Shown here: one piece after another, positions 18,144 to 29,245 of the stretch | How positions within the stretch are numbered: position 1 is the stretch's first letter | Layout: every line of letters starts with the position of its first letter | Assembly: GCA_030837965.1 (NCBI GenBank) | Contig: JAUTXP010000014.1 | Coordinates: 8,605 to 72,604 of the forward strand | Source of the DNA: Acidimicrobiaceae bacterium | GTDB taxonomy: Bacteria; Actinomycetota; Acidimicrobiia; Acidimicrobiales; JAUTXP01 | DNA length: 64,000 nucleotides | Direction of reading: 5' to 3' | Program-made: the position numbers and the translations under genes | Notes under the pieces: generated by a model | Databases searched by the model: none | The model's input: the letters and a program-made list of their open reading frames with translations, nothing else | Told to the model about the DNA's origin: nothing

Positions 18144-18742
18144 ATGGCAGCGCGCGTCCCCGACCCCGAGTCCGACCCCGACCAGTCCCGCCCGCCTGTG
18201 GACGCGGCGCGCCAAGGCCTCACCGTCTACCTCGTGCCCATGCGCAGGCGGCATCTGCGCTCGGTGCTGCGCATCGAGGGGCTCGTCTATCCCCGCCCAT
18301 GGTCGCTCAGCCTGTTCCTGTCCGAACTGGCGCTCAGGTCGACCCGGGTCTACACGGTGGCCCGGGCCGAAGGCGTGGTGGTGGGCTACAGCGGGCTGAT
18401 GCTCACCGGGCCGGACGCGCACGTGACCACGATCGCCGTGGACCCGGCCTGGCACCGCCACGGCATCGGCACCCGGCTGCTGGCCAACATGGCCCATCAG
18501 GCCTTGGAGCGCGGCGCCCGCCACCTCACCTTGGAGGTCAGGGTCACCAACACCCCGGCCCAGAGCCTGTACCGCAAGTTCGGCTTCCACCCCGCCGGGG
18601 TGCGCAAGAACTACTACATCGAGACCAACGAGGATGCCCTTGTGATGTGGGCCGACGACATCGACACGTCCGACTACGCCAACCGGCTGACCGCCTTGGA
18701 GGCGGCCGTGCCCGGCGCGACCATCATCGAACAGGTGGCCCC

Positions 18743-18746
<4 letters not shown>
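18144..18746 (+). CDS. rimI: Ribosomal-protein-alanine N-acetyltransferase
   Basis: ATG 18144 within ORF 18060..18746. It has a GNAT core (HRHGIGTRLL...LEVRVTNTPAQSLYRKFGF) and sits in the conserved position between tsaB and tsaD. Confidence 0.85.
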
Positions 18747-19744
<998 letters not shown>

Positions 19745-19819
19745 CCGCGCCCGACCGCCACCCTCGCTGATCGGCCGGACAAAGGGCCGGTTGCGAAGGG
19801 CAGGTCGGTCCGCCTATCG

Positions 19820-19846
19820 TTAGCACTCGACAGGTACGAGTGCTAA
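19820..19846 (+). promoter_or_regulatory. CIRCE operator (HrcA binding site)
   Basis: TTAGCACTC-N9-GAGTGCTAA is an exact match to the CIRCE consensus. It lies 16 nt upstream of the groES ATG, and a GGAGGG RBS follows. Confidence 0.95.
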
Positions 19847-19862
19847 CGGAGGGCGTAGACCC

Positions 19863-21802
<1,940 letters not shown>

Positions 21803-21807
21803 CTGTC

Positions 21808-22017
21808 GTGAGCACGAACGCGGCGGGCGCTCCCCAGGGGCCTTCGGGTCCCGAGGAGCGCCCGCCCACCGACCCCGCCAAGCTCCTCGCCTCGTGGATG
21901 GAGTGGGAGCGGGGCGATGTCACTCCCGGTCAGACCATCGCCGCGCTCAAGCGCGGCGGGTTGCGCGAGCTGTTGGAGTCCACGGTCCAAGCCCAGCTCG
22001 ACCTCGGCGGCACCTGA
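21808..22017 (+). CDS. Small hypothetical protein (69 aa) directly downstream of groEL
   Basis: GTG start 5 nt after the groEL stop. Third-codon positions are strongly G/C-biased like neighbouring genes. The hairpin at 22051-22105 follows it. No family recognised. Confidence 0.45.
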   Translation: MSTNAAGAPQGPSGPEERPPTDPAKLLASWMEWERGDVTPGQTIAALKRGGLRELLESTVQAQLDLGGT

Positions 22018-22050
22018 CCCGAAGCGGCCGGGCCGACCGGCCCTTCTTTC

Positions 22051-22105
22051 CCGTTCTTGGCATGGTCCGCCTACCTGGCACCCGAACTGACGGTGCCAAG
22101 AACGG
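22051..22105. terminator. Stem-loop (12-bp stem CCGTTCTTGGCA / TGCCAAGAACGG, about 31-nt loop)
   Basis: Seen directly. It is preceded by CCCTTCTTTC and lies after the groEL-linked small ORF and before the ROK gene. Confidence 0.5.
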
Positions 22106-22156
22106 CGAGGGTGGGCGCGTGTCGGGGAGCCGGGGCGGGCGTGCGAAAATGCCCCG

Positions 22157-23395
22157 GTGGCAGGGGGAGTGACAGCGGGCGGACGCAAGGCCAGCGGCGG
22201 CGCAGACCAGGCCGTCATGCGCGAGCTGAACCGCTCCCTGGTGCTCGACGTGGTCAAGCACGCCAGCCCCATCTCGCGGGCCGCCATCGCCAAGGAGACC
22301 CACCTGGCCAAGCCCACGGTGAGCGCCATCGTGGACGAGCTGTTGGCGGGCGGCCTGGTGCGCGAGATCGGCGTGGGCGCCACCACCCACGAGGGCGGGC
22401 GCCCGCCCATCCTCCTCGAGTTCAACACCAGGTTTGAGTTCTCCGTAGGCGTCCATGTTGGCGTGCACGTCACCCATGTCGTGGTGGCCGACGCCAGGGG
22501 CGAGGCCCTGATCCAGCGCGAGATGCGCACGCCCGGCGGGTCGGCGGCCGAGGCCCTCGCCCGAGTGGCCGAGATCGTCGGGCAGTCGCTGACCACGGCC
22601 AAGGCGCCCCGGCGCCGGCTGGCCGGCATCGGCGTGTGCGTGCCCGGCCTGGTCGACCCCGAGGCCGGCGTCTGCCTGCTCGCCCCCAACCTGGGCTGGC
22701 GGGACGTGCCCGTGGCCGACCTGCTGGCCGAGGCCATGGGCGGCGGCGTCGCCGTCCACGTGCACAACACGGCCCAGGCCTGCGCGGTGGCCGAGACGCT
22801 CGAAGGCGCGGCCAAGGGATCGAAGGACGCCGTGCTCCTGTATGCGGGCACCGGTGTGGGCGCGGGCATCATCATCGACGAGCGGCTGTACCCAGGCTCG
22901 GCGGGCATTGCGGGCGAGGTGGGCCACTTCCGCGTGCAAGGCGTCGACACCCGCTGCTCGTGCGGCAAGGTCGGCTGCCTGGAGACGGTCGTATCCGTGC
23001 CTGCGGTGGTGGCCGCGGCCAGGGCTGCGGGCGTGGGCGGCGACAAGTTGACGCTGGAGACGGTGGTGGCCGCGGCCGACGCGGGCGACGCTGCGGCCCG
23101 ACAGGTGCTGACCGACGCGGGCCACAGGCTGGGCACGGCCGCGTCGTGGCTGGTGAACCTGTTGAACCCGGACGTCCTCGTCATCGGCGGCGCCCTGGCC
23201 GAGGCGGGGGACCTGGTGCTGGACCCGCTGCGTCAGGCCGTGGCCGAGGACGCCTTGCCCCAGGCCGTGTCCCGCCTGTCGATCCGGCCCTGGATGTTGG
23301 GCCAGGACGCCAAGGTGCGGGGCGCGGTGTTGGTGGCCATGCAGAAGTCGGAGACGTTCGTCCGCCTCATCTTCGGCGCCGACCGCCGCACCTGA
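22157..23395 (+). CDS. ROK-family transcriptional regulator
   Basis: 412 aa with an N-terminal wHTH (ELNRSLVLDVVKHASPISRAAIAKETHLAKPTVSAIVDEL) and the ROK zinc motif CSCGKVGCLE. An alternative start is ATG 22217. Confidence 0.85.
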   Translation: MAGGVTAGGRKASGGADQAVMRELNRSLVLDVVKHASPISRAAIAKETHLAKPTVSAIVDELLAGGLVREIGVGATTHEGGRPPILLEFNTRFEFSVGVHVGVHVTHVVVADARGEALIQREMRTPGGSAAEALARVAEIVGQSLTTAKAPRRRLAGIGVCVPGLVDPEAGVCLLAPNLGWRDVPVADLLAEAMGGGVAVHVHNTAQACAVAETLEGAAKGSKDAVLLYAGTGVGAGIIIDERLYPGSAGIAGEVGHFRVQGVDTRCSCGKVGCLETVVSVPAVVAAARAAGVGGDKLTLETVVAAADAGDAAARQVLTDAGHRLGTAASWLVNLLNPDVLVIGGALAEAGDLVLDPLRQAVAEDALPQAVSRLSIRPWMLGQDAKVRGAVLVAMQKSETFVRLIFGADRRT

Positions 23396-23419
23396 CGACC
23401 TGACACCCCCACCCCCGCG

Positions 23420-23450
23420 CTTTTCCACAGCACCTGTTGCTGTGGAAAAG
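23420..23450. repeat. Hairpin repeat family A, copy 2
   Basis: CTTTTCCACAGCA-CCTGT-TGCTGTGGAAAAG, between the convergent ROK gene and the 23475-25181 gene. Confidence 0.9.
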
Positions 23451-23474
23451 ATGGCGGGGGACGCGGAGAGGGGG

Positions 23475-25181
23475 TTAGCGGCCGCAGGGGGTGGTGAACA
23501 GGCCCGGGTCGCCCTTGCCGTACTGGCCCAGCCTGCGGCGCTTGCCCCCGTCGATGTAGCAGAACCCGCCCTGCTGGCCGTAGTCCTCGCTGGTGAAGCT
23601 CGGGCTCCACCAGATGATGGCCGCGTCCTCCATGAACGAGTGCGTGCCCGGGCTCACCGTCACCTTGCCCGGCATGTTCTTGTGCGGCGGGTTGGGCCAC
23701 TTGGCCCGCATCATCCCGGCCGCGAACGACTCCGGGTTGAGGTGCGGGCCCGCCAACTGCAGCCCGGAGAAGAGCACCAGCATGGCCATGTAGTCCCAGC
23801 GAGCCCCGAAGTACGTGCCCGGCGCATACGGCCACACGAAGCCGGGCTGGATCTCGTTGACGGCCTGCCACCAGAACTCGTCCTCCACCTGGGCCTGCTG
23901 CTTGTTGCGGGTGGAGATGCCGAACGTGTGGGCCGTCTGGGTCTGGGGCTGGGCGCTGATAAACAGGTCCTCGTCGTTGTAGAGGTACCCGGACAGCATG
24001 ATCTCGGGCTGGTAGCCCTGGCTGTCGAGCAGCGAGTAGAGCTGCTTGGTCGTGTTCGAATGGGTCAGCACGATGATCGTGGTGACACCCTTCGACCGCC
24101 AGTCGAACACGGCCGACTGCATCTGCTGCGCGGTGGCGGGCGTGGCCCCCTGCCCGGCCGTGCTGTCCCGCTCCACCTGCACGGTGTGCTCGACGGCGTG
24201 GATGCCGCACGCTTCCAGCGCGGCCTTGGCCGGCCCGTAGTCCGGGGTGGGAGCGTCGGTGTAGCTGTTCTCCAACAGGCCGTAGGAGCGGGGCGTGTTG
24301 ATGAACTCGGGGCCGGCGTGGGCCGCGTTGCCGTCCTTGAGGGCGCAGGCCAACTCGGCCAAGTGGCGGGCCCCCTTGTCGAAGGTGGGCATCATCGTCC
24401 ACTCATACGGATGGTGCTTGGCCAGGTTGTCCTCGTTGGCCGTGTAGGGCCTGCCGTTCACGCTGATCACGCCGCGGTTGGCCAGCTCGTCGTAGTAGTA
24501 GGCCTCGCTGCCCATGATGTCGCAGAAGGACGTGGACGCGAAGACCTGGGCCTTGGCCACCGACCGGGCCGCGTTCTGGGCCACCGAGGGCGACCCGCCG
24601 AAGCACCCGCCAGCCTTGGAGTCGATGGCCTGTCGGCCGTACAGCTCGAAGCGCTTGTTGAAGTAGGCGAGCAGCTTCAAGAACACCGAGTCGTCGGTGT
24701 GGCCGGGGAAGGCCAGCCGGATGGCGTTGGCGTCCACGCCCATTGACGTGACGCCGCCGTTGTCGCCCTCGAAGTACGGCACGCACGGCGGCGACTGGGG
24801 GTCCTCGGTCTGGCGGGGCGGATCGCCCAGGCACGACCGGACCCGCTCGCTGTTGGGGGGCAGCTTGATGGTCGACGTCGTGGTCGGCGGCTTGGGCTGG
24901 CCGGTGGCCGGGTCGATCTCGGCATCGGGTGGACGGGCCGTGCTGTTGCCCGCATCGCCTCCCGCGGCCAGGCCGTTCTCGGCCGACTGCTGCGGGGGCG
25001 CGTCCTTGATGGCCTGCACGGCCTCGGGCGCGTACTCGGCGATGGGCGGGGGCGGCGGCTGGCTGGGGCTCAACGCGGCGATGAGCAGCACGGCCAGCGC
25101 CGCGGCCAGACCGGTGAACACGAAGCCCGGTGCCTTGGCCCCCTTCTTGGGCGGCGGGGTGGTCTCGACGGTCACAGCCAC
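23475..25181 (-). CDS. Membrane-anchored extracytoplasmic protein, possibly a type-I (LivJ-like) solute-binding protein
   Basis: 568 aa with an N-terminal TM anchor (FVFTGLAAALAVLLIAAL) and a Pro/Thr-rich linker followed by a large globular part. The binding-protein assignment is only a guess from context and composition. Confidence 0.6.
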   Translation of the reverse strand: MAVTVETTPPPKKGAKAPGFVFTGLAAALAVLLIAALSPSQPPPPPIAEYAPEAVQAIKDAPPQQSAENGLAAGGDAGNSTARPPDAEIDPATGQPKPPTTTSTIKLPPNSERVRSCLGDPPRQTEDPQSPPCVPYFEGDNGGVTSMGVDANAIRLAFPGHTDDSVFLKLLAYFNKRFELYGRQAIDSKAGGCFGGSPSVAQNAARSVAKAQVFASTSFCDIMGSEAYYYDELANRGVISVNGRPYTANEDNLAKHHPYEWTMMPTFDKGARHLAELACALKDGNAAHAGPEFINTPRSYGLLENSYTDAPTPDYGPAKAALEACGIHAVEHTVQVERDSTAGQGATPATAQQMQSAVFDWRSKGVTTIIVLTHSNTTKQLYSLLDSQGYQPEIMLSGYLYNDEDLFISAQPQTQTAHTFGISTRNKQQAQVEDEFWWQAVNEIQPGFVWPYAPGTYFGARWDYMAMLVLFSGLQLAGPHLNPESFAAGMMRAKWPNPPHKNMPGKVTVSPGTHSFMEDAAIIWWSPSFTSEDYGQQGGFCYIDGGKRRRLGQYGKGDPGLFTTPCGR

Positions 25182-25185
25182 TCCA

Positions 25186-25518
25186 TCACTCCCGCATCAA
25201 CTCGATGGTCTCGGTGCCCGAGCCGTCGGCCTTGGGCACGACACAGCGCAGCTCCTCGCGCTGGGCCTGGGTGATGCAACTGATGACCGGTCGGCCCTTG
25301 ACCTGCATGAGCCGCAGCTTGCCCCGGCCGTCGAACTCGGCCTTTTTGTTGTTGACCTTCAGCTTGTCGCCGATGCTGATTCGATAGGGCTGGTCGGCCG
25401 ACGTGCTGCCAGCGAAGTCGCCCTTCGGCAGGTAGCGGGCGTCGCCGCCGCACGCGCCGGCACCCAGCATCACGATGGTCGCCGCCCACACCGACACCCA
25501 CAGCCGCGGCCGGCTCAT
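25186..25518 (-). CDS. Small lipoprotein (110 aa)
   Basis: ATG 25518 within ORF 25186..25809. Signal plus lipobox-like sequence MSRPRLWVSVWAATIVMLGAGACGG. ATGA overlap with the upstream gene. Confidence 0.65.
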   Translation of the reverse strand: MSRPRLWVSVWAATIVMLGAGACGGDARYLPKGDFAGSTSADQPYRISIGDKLKVNNKKAEFDGRGKLRLMQVKGRPVISCITQAQREELRCVVPKADGSGTETIELMRE

Positions 25519-26483
25519 CCGCCCGGCACCTGGTTGATGGTGGCCGTGTACTGGCCGGCGACGTCGTCCGCGCCCGCCTTGCCGTGCCACACCACTGACT
25601 CCTGCACGATGAGGCCGCCGTACTGGGTCGCGATCCAGTCCGTGATCTCGGAGTGCACCTGCTGCAACGGGGTGTCCACGTCTTGACTGATGACGACCTG
25701 CCACGCGTCGATGTGCCCGGTGCAGGCCCACACCTTGGACTTGGCCAGGACCTTGCCGTTGACGGTGAAGGTCGTAGCGCTCAACGGGTCGACCGTCGTG
25801 TCCGTCCACGTGGCCCCGACGGTGGCGTCGAGGCTCAACAGCGTCACTGGTTTGGGCGCGTTGAACGAGGGCTGGGCGTCGATGCCCCGGCCCGTGGCCG
25901 ATACGGCCTTGAGCCCCACCGAGCCGGGAACACGGCCGTTGGTGGGCGATGACTGATAGGTGGCCGTCGTCTTGACGCCGAGCACGTCGGACACGAGCTT
26001 GAACGTGACCTGCCCGTCCGGCGTGGCCGAGGAGTTCTGCACGCTGCGGGAGAACGAGCCCACCACCGACTTGCCCTCCACCACACCGTCGATGCGGTAC
26101 GTGTAGTCGCCCGCAGGCGGGGCGCCGCCGAGCGTGCGGGTGGCCTCGAGCTTGGGCGGGGTGACCTGGTCGTCGACGGGGCAGGCGACCACGGGCTGAG
26201 GCACGGGCAGCGGGTCCTCGAACACCGCGGCGGCCCCGTTGCGCTTCCTCACGGGCTCGGCGACGGGGACAACGCCGACGCCACCCAGCACGGGCGCCAG
26301 CACGAAGGGCACGTCCGGGGCGCGGGGATCGTCGGGCGAGGGCTTGCCGAACGACACGTTCACAGGCACCGACTTGCCGCCGAAGGACAGGGACGGCTTG
26401 GGCCCGCCGCAGGCGCTGGTCCCCGCCGCCACCAACGAAAGCGCGGCCAACAGCCGCACGCCGCCGACCCGACCCCGCCTCAC
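25515..26483 (-). CDS. Lipoprotein (322 aa), function unknown
   Basis: GTG 26483 within ORF 25515..27464. Signal sequence VRRGRVGGVRLLAALSLVAAGTSACGG. GTGA overlap with the upstream stop. Beta-rich composition. Confidence 0.7.
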   Translation of the reverse strand: MRRGRVGGVRLLAALSLVAAGTSACGGPKPSLSFGGKSVPVNVSFGKPSPDDPRAPDVPFVLAPVLGGVGVVPVAEPVRKRNGAAAVFEDPLPVPQPVVACPVDDQVTPPKLEATRTLGGAPPAGDYTYRIDGVVEGKSVVGSFSRSVQNSSATPDGQVTFKLVSDVLGVKTTATYQSSPTNGRVPGSVGLKAVSATGRGIDAQPSFNAPKPVTLLSLDATVGATWTDTTVDPLSATTFTVNGKVLAKSKVWACTGHIDAWQVVISQDVDTPLQQVHSEITDWIATQYGGLIVQESVVWHGKAGADDVAGQYTATINQVPGG

Positions 26484-29245
26484 AGCGCGCCCTTCTGGAA
26501 TCGCAGCACCTCGGCCAGCAACTGCTTCGGCGCCGGGTACTCGGGCCGCACTTGCAGGATCTCGAACACGTCGCCCCGCGGCGGGAACCACAGATAGAGC
26601 CGAAGCTCGGACAACTCCTGCACGCCGATCCATTGCCCCTCCATCTTGAACCAGCGGTACTGGCCTGTCTCGATGAACTGGCGGATTCCTCGGCGCACGA
26701 CGATGTCCGTGGTGTCGAACCTGGGCTTGAGCACCGACACCTGGAGCGCGGCCTGCACTTGCGATGTGGACGGCGAGCGCAGGGTCCAGAAAGACCCCTT
26801 GGCCACCATGGACGACGAGCCCGCCTTGCCGAAGGCCTTGGCCGCGCCCGTCTCCTGCGCGGCTCGCAGCGCCAGCACGTCGGCGGGCAGGACGTTGGCG
26901 GGAAGCGGCCCGGCCTGCTTGGCCACTGCCGCGCCCCCGCACGATCCGGTGACCAACGCCAGCACGGTGCCCAGGGCCGGGACCAGGCGGCGCAACAGCC
27001 TGGCCCTGCCCGTGCCGCCTCGCCGCTCTTGGCGCTCGGCTCGACGGTCCGACCTGGCCTTGACCCAGGTGTTGGGCAGGGCCGGGTCGTACGGCCGCCG
27101 CAACGACGCCTTGGCCACCGCGCCCGTCACTTGGGCCACACCCGACTGAGCTCGGGCCAGGCGGCGTCGGAGCGACGCGCTCATGACCTCGGCCGCGTCG
27201 GCGTCGGCGTCGCGCAGGTCGCGGGACAAGTCGCCGTACAGGCCGCGGGTCACCAGCCACGCCAACTCCGCGTGCTCGTCGTCGTCGTCCACCGCCTCCA
27301 GGAACTCCAACGGGGTGGCCGTGGGGTCGCCGATGTTGAGGTCCAACGCCATGTCCCTGAACTCGGCGTAGGCCACGGCCACGCGCGCCCCCGACCCGCG
27401 GGACGTGGCCCAGGCCAGCCGACGACGACGACGCCACAGCTTCAACAGCCACGGCATGGCCCACAGCAGCGCGGCCGCGGCCACCACGAAGGGCAGGGCC
27501 GCGAACACCCAGTAGCGGACCACTTGGAAGAAGAGCAATGGGTTCGGGTTCTGGACCGGGAGATAGATCTGGAGCGACAAGTCCTCACTGGGCCGGACCT
27601 GGTCGTCGATCTTCTTGGACTCGTTGTTGAGCGAGGCCTGGGCCTTCGGGGGCACGCCGACCACCGGCGTCCAGCCCAGGTTGGGGAACCAGACCTCGAG
27701 CCAGTTGGCCCCGTCCTTGGGCCTGAACTCGACGGCCCCGGTGGGCAGCTTGGTGCCGCCCTTGAAGCCGTACCCGATGCGGGCCGGGAGTCCGGCCCAG
27801 CGGGCCAGCAGGGCTTCGGCGGCCACGATCTCGTAGGGCGTGCCTGTCCCGCCTCGAAGCAGTTCGGCCACCTTGGCCCCGTTGATGTCGACGGGGACGC
27901 CCGCGCCCGACGCCACCACGGACGCGTACAGCTTCGAGCGCATGAACTGGAGCCGCTCCCACTGGTTGGTGGGCGCGCCCGCCAGCAGGTCGGACACCAG
28001 CAGCGGCGGCTCGGGCGCCTGGGCGAAACGGGCCACGTCCACCGGCACCGCCCCCACCGCGGCGGCCAACTCGTCACCGGTGGGCGGACGGGCCGCCTCG
28101 ATGGTGTAGCGATAGCCGATGCCGGGCGAGCCCTTGCGCACGCGCAACACCTGGGTCCGCGGGTCGTAGCCCACGTGCCCGCCCGCGCTGCCGATGGACA
28201 CAGGGCTGGCGGGGACGGGCAGGTTGAAGCCGCCGATGTCCTGCACCGTCACCAGTGCCTTGATCGTGGGCCTTCCCAATGGCGCGGGCGGGATGCGGTC
28301 TTGGAAGCGTTTGAGGTCGAGAGGCGGCAGCAGCCATCCGCCCTTGTCGTACTCGTCCAGCACGCCCAGCCGCCACGGGCCCGACGCGTCGACGCCCGAG
28401 TCGGCCTGGACCTCGAACAGGGGCCGGTCCCTCACCTTGTTCAAGGGTTGGATCTGCGGCTTCTGGGGCTTGGCCGACCGGTCCGTCTTGGGCTCCGGGA
28501 ACAGGAGGCTGGCCTGACTCAACGCCCCGACCACGACCAGCGCGGCGCCCACCCCGGCCGCGCCCCGCAGGAGCTGGCGGGCCTCGAACCGCGGCCCGGT
28601 GTCGGCCTCGTCGGCCAACTCGGCGCTGAACGTCATCATCAGCCCGGCCACCAGCAGCACGAGGGCGACGACGCCGGCCAGGACCTCGCCCCCGGTGGGC
28701 TGGCTGAGGGCGGCCGCGATCACGAGGGGCAGGGGGATGAGCAGGGTCAGCTTGGGCCGCTGCAACCCGAGGGCGAGCGATGCGGACGCGGCGCCGATCA
28801 GGGTCAAAAGGGCGACGATGATGAAGCGCCAGCCCGGGTCGAACGGGACCGGCGGCTCGGACAGCCCGCCGTTCTGAATGGCCCTGCGCACCAGTTCGGG
28901 AACGGTGCCGGTCACGCCCGTGTCGTTGGGCAGGATCAGTGCGGCCAGATAGCCGAGGACGAAGGCGCCGGGCACCACGCCGTATTGCAGGACGGGCCGG
29001 TTGCGGCGCACGGCCAGCCACACCCCGCCCACCCCTGCGGCCGCGCCGGCCAGAGCGACCGGCCGGGCCATCCAGCCTTGGAACACGCCGCCCGCCACCC
29101 AGGCCGCGGCCATGGACGCCAACAAGGCGGCCAGCGCCACCCGCCCCGGCCGCGCCACCCCGCCCGCGCCCCCCAAGTCCAACTTTTCCACAGCAGCAGG
29201 TGCTGTGGAAAAGTTCGGGGAGGGCGGTGAGATGGGGGTGGTCAT
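26480..29245 (-). CDS. DUF3488/transglutaminase-like/DUF4129-type membrane protein with extra C-terminal module
   Basis: In ORF 26480..30364. ATG 29245 forms an ATGA overlap with the DUF58 stop; an alternative GTG at 29158 lies downstream of hairpin A3. It has an N-terminal multi-TM region, a TGase-core-like segment (GTPYEIVAAEALLARWAGLPARIGYGF...DGANWLEVWFPNLGW), a late TM helix and then a DUF4129-like tail. Confidence 0.75.
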   Translation of the reverse strand: MTTPISPPSPNFSTAPAAVEKLDLGGAGGVARPGRVALAALLASMAAAWVAGGVFQGWMARPVALAGAAAGVGGVWLAVRRNRPVLQYGVVPGAFVLGYLAALILPNDTGVTGTVPELVRRAIQNGGLSEPPVPFDPGWRFIIVALLTLIGAASASLALGLQRPKLTLLIPLPLVIAAALSQPTGGEVLAGVVALVLLVAGLMMTFSAELADEADTGPRFEARQLLRGAAGVGAALVVVGALSQASLLFPEPKTDRSAKPQKPQIQPLNKVRDRPLFEVQADSGVDASGPWRLGVLDEYDKGGWLLPPLDLKRFQDRIPPAPLGRPTIKALVTVQDIGGFNLPVPASPVSIGSAGGHVGYDPRTQVLRVRKGSPGIGYRYTIEAARPPTGDELAAAVGAVPVDVARFAQAPEPPLLVSDLLAGAPTNQWERLQFMRSKLYASVVASGAGVPVDINGAKVAELLRGGTGTPYEIVAAEALLARWAGLPARIGYGFKGGTKLPTGAVEFRPKDGANWLEVWFPNLGWTPVVGVPPKAQASLNNESKKIDDQVRPSEDLSLQIYLPVQNPNPLLFFQVVRYWVFAALPFVVAAAALLWAMPWLLKLWRRRRRLAWATSRGSGARVAVAYAEFRDMALDLNIGDPTATPLEFLEAVDDDDEHAELAWLVTRGLYGDLSRDLRDADADAAEVMSASLRRRLARAQSGVAQVTGAVAKASLRRPYDPALPNTWVKARSDRRAERQERRGGTGRARLLRRLVPALGTVLALVTGSCGGAAVAKQAGPLPANVLPADVLALRAAQETGAAKAFGKAGSSSMVAKGSFWTLRSPSTSQVQAALQVSVLKPRFDTTDIVVRRGIRQFIETGQYRWFKMEGQWIGVQELSELRLYLWFPPRGDVFEILQVRPEYPAPKQLLAEVLRFQKGAL
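29181..29215. repeat. Hairpin repeat family A, copy 3 (inverted orientation, loop GCAGG)
   Basis: AACTTTTCCACAGCA-GCAGG-TGCTGTGGAAAAGTT lies at the DUF58/TGase-like gene junction on a minus-strand operon. Confidence 0.9.

Noticed and set aside
26552-29230. An 892-aa plus-strand ORF and other long alternative-frame ORFs (28939-30579, 29924-31648, 31504-32763, 34530-35813, 35934-36956) across the minus-strand operon.
   Set aside because: All are antisense or out of frame relative to genes with strong family motifs (MoxR, DUF58, ABC, permease). Their translations are Arg/Gly/His/Pro-rich low-complexity sequence.
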